Assembly (NCBI GenBank): GCA_009602725.1
Contig: WELB01000017.1
Span: 98,426-162,425 of the forward strand
Length of the DNA stretch: 64,000 nucleotides
Direction: 5' to 3'
Source: Spirogloea muscicola
Lineage: Eukaryota
The number at the start of each line of letters is the position of its first letter. Within the stretch, counting starts at the first letter, position 1. Position numbers and translations under genes: made by a program. Below, in pieces: positions 1-12,010 of the stretch. Under the pieces are notes generated by a model, which was given only the letters and a program-made list of their open reading frames with translations, was not told the DNA's origin and ran no database searches.

Positions 1-1926
1 AACACGGCCCTGCCGCGCCGCTCTCAGACGTCGCGGCCCCAGCTGGCGCTGACCTGCCGCCGCGGCCGCCGCGGCCGCCGCCGCCGTCACCGCCTCCAGT
101 GCCAACGGCAAGCCCGGCGGCGCCGCCGTTCTGCAAGAGCGCGCCCCGCTGCTGCGCCTCCTCTCCCCGCCCCTCGTCGAGCCCAAGACGCCGCCGCCCC
201 CAGCAAACGGCGGCGCTGCAACGCCGCTGCGGCTCCACGATGCCACTGCCGAGGAGCTGGCGCGCAACGTGGTGTACCGCGAGCGCTTTGATATACGGTG
301 CTACGAGGTCGGCATCACGAAGACGGCGTCCATGGAATCCATTGCCAACCTCATGCAGGTGCACTGCACATGCGCCGGAGCGGCCATCCCTGCTGCCGCC
401 GCTTCCGCTGTCGTCTTTGGTCGCCGTCTGTGACGAGTCTCCTCCTGTTCCTCTCACGCCAACATTGACGAATCCAACTGCTAACTGTTGCTGTACGTTC
501 TGCCGCTCAATTGCCAATGCGGTCTTGCAGGAGACGGCGTGCAATCACGCATGCAATGCAGGCTTTTCCAACGACGGATTTGCCACGACGCCGGCCATGC
601 GCACCAACCGCCTTATATGGGTGACGACGCGCATGCACATCGAGGTCGCACGCTACCCTGTGTGGTGAGTGCCGCCGCCCTCGCCGCTGTTGTCAATGCC
701 ACCCTGCTGCAGCCATTGGCTGCACGAGGCCAGCCACCTGATTGTCGCTGCCGGGAGGTGCGGCAGGGGAGAGTCGGTGGAAATCGACACGTGGTTTCAG
801 GAGCACGGACGGATGTCGACACGCCGCGACTGGATCCTTCGCATCCCTGGCACGGGAGAGATCATTGGATGCGGCACGAGGTATAGCTGCTGCTGCCCCC
901 TTCACAGCCCACAACACGATGGATAGACTGTCACCAAAAAGTGGAGTGCAATTTTGCTGATTGTTGACGGCTGGCGCATGCGAGCACGCCCGCAGCACAT
1001 GGGCGATGATGAACCAGGACACTCGACGCCTGTCGCGCATCCCTGACGACGTGCGCAGAGAGTTCATTGTCTACTGCCCGATGACTCCCAGGTCTGTGCT
1101 GCCGCAATCACTGCCGCGCTACCATCATCACTGCATTTTTTCCTTGACATACTGCCCTGCCGTTTGCTCCGTCTAGACTTCCCGCTGGCCACTCACAGCC
1201 ACCGGCTGTGGCAATTGCAGGTATGCGCTGGACGAGACGCACGTTGACAAGATTCCCAAGCTCGGGGACCCTGCGCAGACTGTCCGTGGCGATCTGGTGG
1301 TGAGCATTGCCACTTTGCTGCGCTGTGGCGCCGGCCCCACCTTTGAACGCCACTAGCTGACCTCCTTTGACAGCGGAGGGCCGATTCAAATCAGTCGGCT
1401 GCCAAATCTGAGCTTATCGTGCTGGTTTTGGTGGCTGCCCATGCTGAGCCAATCATGCTGGTCTTGGTGGCAGCCTCGGCGTGGCGACCTGGACATGAAT
1501 CACCATGTGAATAATGTCACATATATTGGCTGGATGCTTGAGGTGAGCGCTGGCAGTGGTGTTCCTGGCTACAGCACACCAGCTCTAGTGTGCCAGGTGC
1601 AGTGCCACGACAGCATTTGCCATACCTGTAGGCACTCACACAGGCACGTGCTGCTGTAGGGGCTGCCGCTCCAAGACATTGAGGAGGCGGAGTTGGCATC
1701 GATCACGCTTGAGTACCGCCGTGAGTGTGGCTATAGTGACGTGGTGGAGTCGCTGACGAGCAACGAGGAGCCTACGCCAGGCGCCCACAACGGCGCTGCT
1801 GCAGGAGCGGCGCAGTTTGTGCACCTACTCCGGCTTCAGGCAAGCGGCGTTGAGATCAACCGCGGCCGCACACTGTGGCGGCCCAAGTCATCACCACTGC
1901 CAAACACGGTTGCCTGCAGCTGCTAG
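1..1926 (+). CDS. FATA: Acyl-ACP thioesterase (FatA-like), about 7 exons, 5' end probably outside the window
   Basis: Spliced translation gives YRERFDIRCYEVG..ESIANLMQ / ETACNHA..GFSNDGFATTPAM..LIWVTTRMHIE..YPVW / RRDWIL / STWAMMNQDTRRLSRIPDDVR / PRRGDLDMNHHVNNVTYIGWMLE / ITLEYRREC..EINRGRTLWR, with GT-AG introns and a stop at 1924-1926. Confidence 0.93.
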
Positions 1927-2721
1927 CTGCCTCTAGACACCATGAGACGCCTCTAAACATGCCAGGAGGGATGGGTGCGGCAGCACCTTAGACAAAGCTT
2001 TGTCACAACTGTGAACGCTGCGGCGTTGGCCAGATTGGGAGCGAGCAGAGGCTGTCATTCTGTATATAGAGTAACATGATGGGCCCTCACTAGAGCGTGC
2101 AGAGGGTGTGTAGGGTAGGGTAGCGTTGAAGGGTGGCGATGCTGTTACATTGTGTGACTCCACCTCTCAGGTGACTGTTTTTGAGCTCATGGCGAGGGCC
2201 TTTGCCAAGCTCCCGCTTGAGACAAGTCCTGCATACCACAGTGGCCCCTAGAAGTGGCAAAGACTTGCAAATTCCAAATGCCTAGAGCACCAACTGGATG
2301 TATAACTATGAAATGCACATAGATAAAGTGTGCAAGCTCCCGTGAGTCCTTGTGGCCATTTCAGAACAAGCTGGAGCAATTCTGCAACTCTAGTTGGCCG
2401 CCACAGCAAAGCATACTTGGCAGTGTGCATGTGCATGCATTTCATCAGCTACACGACACGTCCTGGTCTTTTATGCATTGTCCTGCGAGTAAGTAGTAAG
2501 GATGCGAAGTGCTTAGGCTGCAACGGTGACTGCTCATTGACTGGCAGCAGTCAGGATACGACATGCGCAGCACCTCCGGTCTGCCTCGACGAATAGGCGC
2601 AGCTGGTCGCTGCAGCCAGGCCCTGGGCGCCGCCTGAGCCTACATTTGGGAAGAGCAAACAGTCGAAGCATTCTTCCGGCAGAACTTTGCTCCGCTGATA
2701 TGGTAGTGAACAGCTTCTGTT

Positions 2722-2776
2722 TGCACCTGGCTGGCTTTTACAACAGCTCGTTTAATATCAGCAGCCCTTTTCCATG
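2722..2776 (+). repeat. Dispersed repeat variant P (TGCACCTGGCTGGCTTTTACA..TTTAATATCAGCAGCC)
   Basis: Similar to 41024-41075, 44537-44600 and the reverse complement of 28702-28767. Confidence 0.8.
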
Positions 2777-3263
2777 TTCTAATTGGGTTTGCGGCCGCGA
2801 GCGACACTTAGCGGGGTGGTCCTCGCCGCCATGGCGGCCGCGGGGCTGGCGCACAGGCGACAACGGCGGCCTGGCGGCGGCGGCGAACGCGGCAGCAGCA
2901 AGGCCAGCAGCAGCGGCGCAAGCGAGGGCGGCCATCACTGCGGTGGCCGTGGCCGCAACAACAGCTGGCAGCGGTAGATGGAGGCTTATGGCGCGTTGGC
3001 CTGCGGCCGCGGCGGCGGCGGCGGCGGCGGCGGCGGCCTGCGGTTGGCGTTACGCGACTTAGTCGGTTAGATCAATCGGTTTCATCATCTGCGGCAACTG
3101 CTTAGACCTTCTTACTCAAATTGATGGCTGAAACTGGCTCTTCGAAAAGAAGGCCCCCAAGCTCCGCCGCGTGGCAGGTGCANCGCCGCCGCCGCCGCCG
3201 CCGCCGCCGCTGCGCTGACGAGATAATGGCGTGGCCGGCCTGCCGCACCGCCTTGCCCGCCAG

Positions 3264-6230
3264 GCCGCGAGGAGTACCAGGCGCTGCTGCGGTGCCTCTA
3301 CGCTGAGCGGGACACCGCGTGGCTCACGCCCGTTGAGGTCTTCCAGGTGAGCCTTGGCGCCTCATGAGCCGCATTCGATCACAAAGCTGCAGTCGGCGCT
3401 CGTGCCAGACTGCGACCACAGGTAGGTGCCAGTGGTCGTTAATGAGAGCTGCAGTTTGCCAGGCTCCAGTCTCTCGCTTCTGTGACAGGCCTTGGCACCA
3501 CTAATTGCGTGAAAGTGACCGTGAAATGCGACCAGTAGCATCAATCTGAGCTGGTCTAGATGAGCGTCACAATTGACGGGCTCAGGTGAACTCGACGAAG
3601 TAAGCCCTTCTGACGTAGCTTATGGTCACACTTGTGAGCAGCCGTGGTACGGATATGCTCTCGCCGAGTACATCCTGCGGCAGCACGAGGAATCTACCGC
3701 ACCACTGAAGGTGCAAGACATTTCCCTTCTACTTCCAAGTTACTGGTGACTGGCCGCGCTGTTAAGTGATCTCCAACCTCCTCCAATCTGCAAGGACCTC
3801 AGTCGAAAGTGCGATCAGATATCTGCAGACGGCTTCAGAGCAGTCTCAGTCAATCCGCATGACGCATCATACAGGCAAACTGGCGGCTTGGAGGCTGAGG
3901 GTCTGAGGTTGGAAAGTGATGTGTTTTGGGCAGGAGTCAAGGAATGCCTGCAGTCAGTCTCCGCATGCAGACGAGTTGGCTGCTTTGAAGAAGCTTCGCT
4001 GCCTCTCCTACAGAAGTGACACATGGCAAAAGTAAGTGTGCTGATGTGGTGGATAGCCAGACTTGCACAGATAATTGAGATCGGAGCCGGGAGCGGGACC
4101 TGCGCGGTCAACATCCTTGACTATGTCAAGAAGCGATCGCGGCCGGGTGTCTATGAGAGTATGACTTATACGTAAGCACCTGCCTCTGCTCAAGCCCGCC
4201 CCATAAATGCTGCGCTGTCGCTTGTGGTTGTTCAGTGAGCTATTGTAGTCACTGTGCTGTAGCGAGGCCACCAAAGCCTTGAAGTGCATTCAAAGGTCCT
4301 CCGTCTAAAGCTTCAAAATCTGACCTGTCAATTGCATCAGTTGGCAGGGCAGTTGAGATCAGCGCTGGGCTTGCCGACATGCAGCTGCTGCGCGTGCACC
4401 GTGGCATGCCGAGCCACGCAGGCCGGTTTCACGTCCGCCAACATGGGGCCCAGGACGTCTTGGCATGGGGTGATTGACTGAAACGTTGCTCGAAGGCAGT
4501 CTGTTGACAAGCCGGCTTGGAAGCTAGCATGATGTGCAGGTTGATAAAAGATGCAGAGGCCATGGCCATTTTGCTGCTTGCCCTTGACATTGCCGACGAG
4601 CTCTGACTTTGCAGGCCCTCCGGATGACACCCCATGCTTCGTTATCATGCTTGAGGTGAGGCTTCGTGAAGTAAAGCTTCTGGTCTTCTTCTCAGTCAGG
4701 GGCAAGGTCACAGTCACTGACTGACGGCAGCCCACCCGCAATCGCATGGATCCGCAGGTCCTGGACAACCTGCCGCATGACCGCATTGTTCGCCAGGGGC
4801 CCATCGGGCCCTGGCTGGAGACGTACCTGCTCGAGATGCCGGCCCCGCAGGACAAGGACGTGACTGGAGTTCCGGCGTCTACCGACAGCTTGCCATCTTT
4901 AAGGGACGGCGGTAAGCAAGGTGTGCGGCTACAGGAGATGCTCCGACCAGTCACCGACCCGCTCCTGGCGCAGTGCCTTGCGGTCTTGGACAAGCCGCCA
5001 CAAGAAGGTGCTGCTGGCGGTGGCAGCCTTGCGACCCTGGCCAGGAGGTGGATGGGCCAGCTCCTGGATAAGGAGGAGGTCCGATGGATCCCAACCGGCT
5101 GCATGGTATACATCTGCCCTGACAGCTGCACCGAAAGTGTGACGAGCCTTTATTGCCCAGTTGCCTGTGAGGCATTGAGGCTGCCGGAAGCTGTGGCTCA
5201 GATAAGATGGGTGCCCATCTTGACTTCAGGAGCTTCTGCAAGCACTGCACACTGTGCACCCCAACATGACGCTTATTGCTGCGGACTTTGACTTCCTCCC
5301 GGATGTTGTCATTGCTGGACACGGCGCGCCGCTGGTCGCGAGCAAGGTGATGCTTGCAAGCGGTCCTTGTCCTGCTGGCAGCTCCTTGGTACCAAGGCCA
5401 TGAGCACGTCAAGCAACAATACACTCAGATCCTTACTGACCCACAGGGAGCCCTGTGCGGCTGCGCACGGCATATGTCGCAGGTGAAAGGCGTCACAACT
5501 GATCACACAACGTACATTGTGCCAGAGGTGTGTATTGAGTCTGCAATTCAGGGGCTAAGTTCGTGTGTTCAAGGGTAGAGTTAAAGGCGCGTTGGTCCAG
5601 GGACTTGGCATGGCGATCACTGAGACATACAGCACAATCATTTGCAATCAAGCAGCATGTGGACGCCAGGATTGCTCAGAGTTTTCTCACTGCTGAGCGT
5701 GGCCATCAACCCTTCTACTACTCTGGTGCAGAGTCAAGTGGACATCTTCTTTTCAACAGAATTCACAGCACTCGAGCAGCTAGATCACTCCTGTGCCGCT
5801 GCCACTACTGCCGCCCGCACTGCTGCAGGCCGTCCATCTTGCAGCCGTGCATCCGCCACAGTGAGCTTGTCAGTTGCACCCAGCTTGCTGCTATAGCCAG
5901 CGCCTCACGCACAGCACGTGATGTGGGCCTTCAGATGTGTTGCAGTGTTTGCAAATATACTGCCATCTTCGCTACAAGTTGGCACCGATACGTGGTGTAA
6001 ACAGGGATTATATGACCACATTGTCCAATTGCTGTGCTCGATGTGGTAAGCCAACACAAGTGGAGCCAGAGAAGCTAAGGCGCAGATCTTCTTTTCAGGT
6101 CAGCACAGCGAGCATAATGCAGCGCTATGGCGACATCAAGCGCACATGCACACGCAGTGGCTTCAACCCACTGCTTGATGACTACCGCAACACGCAGTTC
6201 TACATCAGCATACCCTTGTTGCCTCGCTGA
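3264..6230 (+). CDS. NDUFAF7/MidA-family SAM-dependent methyltransferase, multi-exon; 5' exon(s) not found (single N at 3183)
   Basis: Exons encode GREEYQ..WLTPVEVFQ / PWYGYALAEYIL / IIEIGAGSGTCAVNILDY (SAM motif I) / VEIS / PCFVIMLE-VLDNLPHD / DFDFLPDV / TRSGFNPLLDDYRNTQFYIS. Confidence 0.85.
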
Positions 6231-6832
6231 AAGGGTATCACCTGGCTGTGCTGCTTTCGCGCTAGAAGGTGGCGCAGTGGGGCGCAGTGGCTGCACATTC
6301 ACAACCAGACCTAGGCGTGCTGTGGCAAGTACTATTGTGCTATTGTATTACTGAGAGTGGAGGGTCAACTCTGCTGTCACCAAGTCTCACCTCCGCATAT
6401 GCTGCTTCGTAAGCCTATCAGGACCTAAAGTAAGTGCTCCACCGGCTCTGCAGCAGCAACTGCATTGTGGGCATGCCTGGTAACTCTGCGCAGAAAAGAC
6501 TCTTGGATATGCACAAGGCCAGGCCGAGGGGCCAGCTGCACCTAGCTGGCCTCAGCAACCACTCCATGTGGCCATGCCAAGCATGCCCGTTTCATGTAAC
6601 GTCCTACAAGACTCCTGGCTCCTTGCAGTAGCAGTAGCTAGGGCCTGGAGCAGTGCATACTGGCTTGCATTGCAGCATGATGCTGCAGCTTGGCTTCAAA
6701 GGCCGTTGCAAGGCACCAGGCAGCTGGTCTCCATCACGGGATTTAAGATGAGGCTGGCCAGTGCAGCGATGTGAAGCAGAGCGCAGGGCCCTTGAGTTTG
6801 TCGCGACCGCGCGCACGGCGGCCGCAGCTTTG

Positions 6833-9728
6833 TTACCTCCCAAGGCTCGCTTGCCGCTGCTCTCGGAAGATGCCCAGTAGGATGTTCGCCTGCAATCCAG
6901 CCCCAGCAACAGTCAGAGGTTCAATTCAGCAGACTGGAGTATCTGACTTTGCAATAACCCAGCATCACAACGGTTCCTCAACTCATCCAGTGAAAGCATG
7001 GCAAATTGCACCTTCTCGAGAGGTGGAGAAAAACTGTGGAACATTCAAGAGGTGCAGCAAAGGCAGCTGCCCCTTCAAGCCGACTCTTGGCGTGGGACTG
7101 CTGGCCAGGCAACCCACCTTCTCTCGGGCGCGCGGCGTCCCAGACTGCGTAAGCGCGACGAGTGCCGGGATAGGCCCGCTACGGAGTACAGCGGCGCAGT
7201 GAGCCGGCGAGTTGTTGGCGAGCTGCAGCAGGGCGGCAGCAGCGTTCTCCTTGCCGCGCTGCGACCCCGCCTCGACAACGTCCACGAGACCGCTGATCCC
7301 GTGCTCCTCAACGCCAATCGCCTCGCGACCACGCGGCACGGTCGCCAGGTTGGATAAGACTGCGACAGCCTTATCCACCAGCCCTGACTGCACGTCCAGC
7401 ATCAGATTCACCAGCGGCTGCAAGGACACATACACATTTGCAGAGCGGCTGTCAGAACGGTCTGGTTAAGATGTCAAATCGTAGCCATCTATGGTGAGGC
7501 TAAGGTCTGCGCCCTGCTCAAGGGCTGTTGCTGCAGTGGCATGGCAGTGGCTTGTTGCATCTCGAGACGGACCGGCACGGCTTGCGCCTGGATGATCTGA
7601 AGCTTGTTCTCAGGGTGGATGGAGAGGTTGAACAGTGCTGTCGCGGCATCCTTCTTGCCGCGCGGCGTCCCATGCGTCAGCATGTCCACCAGTGGCCCGA
7701 TTGCGCCTGCCTCACCAATTGCCACCTGCCATCGCCAAAGCTACAGCTGCCGCCCATCAACGCCCAGTGCCATGGACATGAGCAAGCAATCAATCCCTCA
7801 TCACGCCTGCCTGCGGATCGAGCAGGCATCGTGCCAGAAGAGGGCGACAGAGATGCAAGTGGGATGGAGACCAAGGTGGAAAAGGCTAAACCCCACCTTG
7901 TTCTCGTCAAGAAGTGCGAGCGAGAAAAGCGTGGCGGCAGCGTTCTCGCGTGCCGTGGAGGTGCCAGTTGACAGCACAACCACCAGAGGCTCGATCGCGC
8001 CTGCCGCTGCAATCTTGTACTGCACGCCCAACCAGTGGGAAGAGAGAGCTCCGTGATCAATGGGGAGGTGCATGTGAAAGCCCAGCACAGAATTATCTGC
8101 TAGGCCTCGGCGGCTGCCAGACCTCAACAATTGCTACCTGACCTCAACAGCTTTGCAATGCGTAGGTTAAGATGTATAGTGACTGGAAGTTGTGTCCACA
8201 AAAGGAGCAAAAGTCGGTGATTGTAGTGTCAACGACAATCGAGGAGGCCAAGCGTCACCTTGTTGCTGTCGAGGATGGAGAGGTTGAGGAGGGCGGTGAC
8301 AGCGTTCTCCACAGCGAGGCCGTTGCTGGACGAGAGCAAGGATATGAGAGGCGGCACGGCGCCGGCGGCGGAGATGCGCTCGCGATTCTCCGTGCTGAAG
8401 CGCGCGAGCTTGCGGAGCTCTGCGGCTGCGTTCCGCTTCTCCTCCAAGTTTCCGGCCTGCAGCAGGAGACACAACGAGCAGCAAGTCAGCCGGTCTCCCG
8501 CCACGTCGCCACGCCGGTCACCAACGCAGGCGGCGCTCGCCAGTGGCACATTATCTGTGTAACCGCAGGGCAGGCGGCGCTCGCCAGTGGCACACAATCT
8601 GGGTAACCTCAGGGCAGCGACGCACCACGATGTCGGCGATGAGTGACTCGACCAGGACTTCGCTCGCCTCCTGGCCTTGCTCGCCGCCGGCGGCGGTGGC
8701 GGCGCCGGCAGTCCCAGCGGTCGCCTCGCGGCGCTGCCAGCCCGAGGGCATCACCGGCGAGGTGCTGGAGTCCTCGTAGCGGTACCCGCCCTGGATGGCC
8801 ACAAGGTTGGACGTGAGCCGCTGGAGCTGCGGCGCGGGGTCGAGGGCCGCGCCCGCCGGCGCCGCCATCCGGCCGCCGCTGGGGTCGTTGCTCGACCACG
8901 TGCGGCGGTACTGGCCCGGGGCCATCGNNNNNNNNNNNNNNNNNNNNNNNNNNNNNNNNNNNNNNNNNNNNNNNNNNNNNNNNNNNNNNNNNNNNNNNNN
9001 NNNNNNNNNNNNNNNNNNNNNNNNNNNNNNNNNNNNNNNNNNNNNNNNNNNNNNNNNNNNNNNNNNNNNNNNNNNNNNNNNNNNNNNNNNNNNNNNNNNN
9101 NNNNNNNNNNNNNNNNNNNNNNNNNNNNNNNNNNNNNNNNNNNNNNNNNNNNNNNNNNNNNNNNNNNNNNNNNNNNNNNNNNNNNNNNNNNNNNNNNNNN
9201 NNNNNNNNNNNNNNNNNNNNNNNNNNNNNNNNNNNNNNNNNNNNNNNNNNNNNNNNNNNNNNNNNNNNNNNNNNNNNNNNNNNNNNNNNNNNNNNNNNNN
9301 NNNNNNNNNNNNNNNNNNNNNNNNNNNNNNNNNNNNNNNNNNNNNNNNNNNNNNNNNNNNNNNNNNNNNNNNNNNNNNNNNNNNNNNNNNNNNNNNNNNN
9401 NNNNNNNNNNNNNNNNNNNNNNNNNNNNNNNNNNNNNNNNNNNNNNNNNNNNNNNNNNNNNNNNNNNNNNNNNNNNNNNNNNNNNNNNNNNNNNNNNNNN
9501 NNNNNNNNNNNNNNNNNNNNNNNNNNNNNNNNNNNNNNNNNNNNNNNNNNNNNNNNNNNNNNNNNNNNNNNNNNAGCAGCGGCGGCGGCGGCGGCGGGGG
9601 CGGGCCGGGAGCTGCGGCGGGGCCCGGCGGGCCCGGGGAGCAATGTGAAGGCCGGAATGGGCCTCCTCTGCGGGTCGATGGCTTGCGTGGTGGTGCTCCG
9701 GCTCCTCAGCTTTGCTCGTCGAATACAT
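6833..9728 (-). CDS. ARM-repeat protein of the PUB2/3/4 type; interrupted by an N gap, U-box not seen, start uncertain
   Basis: Exons [121 protein letters not shown]; last exon [18 protein letters not shown] (stop 6833-6835). Confidence 0.88.
8527..8612. repeat. Two-copy ~43-bp tandem duplication in an intron of the ARM gene
   Basis: GCAGGCGGCGCTCGCCAGTGGCACA..TCTG.GTAACC at 8527 and 8570. Confidence 0.85.
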
Positions 9729-10395
9729 GTGTGCTTATTGGTGGTGCGCTGGAGGCCCCCTCGGCCAGCTTATTGCCCGCTCGCCATCATTTTGGAAGGC
9801 TCGAATGTCGGCCTCCCTCTCGTTCCCGTCCTCTCCCCCGCCCCCTCGTCCCCGCCCCCGTGGCCTCCCCGCCTCCCTCCCCGGCAGCCCCATCCTCTCT
9901 CCCCGTAAACGTATTGTTCCCGTTACCAGCCTCTTCCTCCGCGCGCCGTCTCCCTCGCCTTCTGCGCCCCCGCCGGCCGGCCTCCCTTCGTGCCCGTCTG
10001 CCGCCGCGGCCCGGAAAGTCGGCACGCCCGGGGGGCCGATAGGACCGTCGATGAGCACGATCGACGGCACTCGCTGGCGCCCTCGCTCGCGGGGGCAGGC
10101 AGGCCCGTGGATGCCGGCCGATCGGACGGCCAGAAACCGCCGCGGGGCCCCGAGGACCAGGTCCGGGGTGGCGTAGGTGGGACTGACTTTCCCACCCCCC
10201 CTCCGCCCGCCGGGGCCCGGATTTAAATGCGAGTCACCGGAGCAAGCCGGTTGGGAGCGCGGAGGCGCCCGGCCCGGATCGGTGGGTTAATGGGCCGTCG
10301 CCGGACGGCCGGTGGGGCCGGAAGGCGGCCGGAAGCTTGCTGTTCCCTTCCCGGCAGCGGGCCCCGCCGGCTTCTCCCCTCGTCTCCGCATGTGG

Positions 10396-10535
10396 GTACT
10401 AATGTCATCTTAGGTACCTTAGATTAGGTCTCCGTATTATGTAGCATTGTTTAGTCTGCACTCGACTCTGCCTGAACAATGTATTGGCTTGAATTGGCCT
10501 CCCTTTCAATTCATGCGCCCCGCGCGCCTTCTCTC
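10396..10535 (+). mobile_element. 140-bp putative element terminus, copy 1
   Basis: Reverse complement of 40693-40832 with no mismatch seen by eye; the ORF track gives the same peptides at both sites; flanks beyond GTAC are unrelated. Confidence 0.85.
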
Positions 10536-11200
10536 CGCAACAAGCTTCCGCTATTCCGTCGCTTCTGGTCGCTCTTCCGTGGGCCTGGCCCCTTCGCGTG
10601 TTCATGAGTCTTTGCACCTTGCGGCTCCTTCAGGCCTTGTTCGTCCCATTTGGGCTGGCCTGCTAAGCACCCGCAGGTCAGAGAATCTGGTCTACTGGTA
10701 GCGGTAGTCCCCTGAAGCAGCAGCGAAGGCGCGAGGGGTGTGAGAAGAAGAAGAAAGTGCTCGCCCATTAAGAATAGGGGCTGGAAAAGCCAGCCCAAAA
10801 AAAGTCAACAAAGGACTAGAAGGGGGCCAGGGGAAGCGCTGTGAGAAGCCAGCCCACAAACGAATGAAAGAGTAGCGGAGAGAACGCCAGACCGGATGGA
10901 GAAAGCTCGAGAACGAGGCGAGAAGAAACAGCTGTTTTTACCAGCTGTTTCAAAGTGGCCGAGGGCTTTTGACAAAAACATCCACAGAATGATGAACAAG
11001 GTTCAATGAGAAACAGCGATTCCAATGTGAGGCATTGGAGGTGAGAGGCCAGCCCAGAGGGACGTATGAGGTCTGAAAGGGCCGGAAGGTGCGAAGAGGA
11101 GCCGGGATGACCGGCCTATAAGTAGATGTGAACGGATGCCAATGAAATTGCCGATGAAGGCGCCAGCATGGGGGTGCGAGGCTGCCCACAGGGGCAACGA
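10536..11200. mobile_element. Motif-M mosaic repeat block
   Basis: M copies at about 10631(-), 10777(+), 10838(+), 11036(+); 10752-10840 is homologous to the reverse complement of 40520-40610. Confidence 0.75.
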
Positions 11201-12010
11201 GCTGCACGCTCAATGTCAAACATATGAGCCTCTCAACAATAAACAAATAGTGGAAACACTGGCATGATGAATAGGAGCCTCCTCATTCAAGAAGCCCTGA
11301 TGCCCAAGCTGACTGGTGCACATGACACTTAGGGACTTGTTGACGCTGCATGCACTCCCTGTGCCATTTATGCCGGACCCTTGTTGCGGAATTCCGAGTA
11401 AGTGCAAACCATTATGTTCTTATCTCACAGTCGATGCGTAATCGTGAGCTATGAGGCCAGACCAGCGTCTTGCATGCGTCCAAGTGCTTATGGCACCACA
11501 TCTGGTGGCTAAGTGCCCTGCTCGTAGGAGCACTCTGCTGAAGATTTGGCACTTGAGACAAGGACTGTGTAGAGTATGTGTAGAGCACGTGGACAAGTGG
11601 GCAGTGCATATGACTAGGCAATGTGAAGCCTTCTGTCACTCCTCAACTGCCCACCACAACACCTAGTCCTGAGCTTCCAGCTGCTAAGAGAATTCTGAGC
11701 GACTACTCCTAAACGCTAAGGGGATTGGCGAATCGAAGTCATGTTGGTGGGCATCGAAATAGTATGGCAAGTCAGTAAATGAAAACACGACTAACTGCTT
11801 CATAGCAATGGACGAAACTCACTCCTCACAACACCTTGCTAAGCGTGTGTTGGAAGACTGTCCCAGGCTAAGTGTACGCAGACCTTCTGTACAAAGTCAA
11901 ACTGGTACTACCGCGGAGGTCAGGATCTGCTTGTCAATCAACCGTGAACAACAGCAGATACAGATTTGTGCTTGTCATTGCCCCTGCGCCAGGGAGGCGT
12001 AAGGCCTGTG

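Noticed and set aside
9730..10395. rDNA or structured RNA gene in a GC-rich stretch
   Set aside because: No recognisable rRNA, tRNA or snRNA motifs; left unassigned
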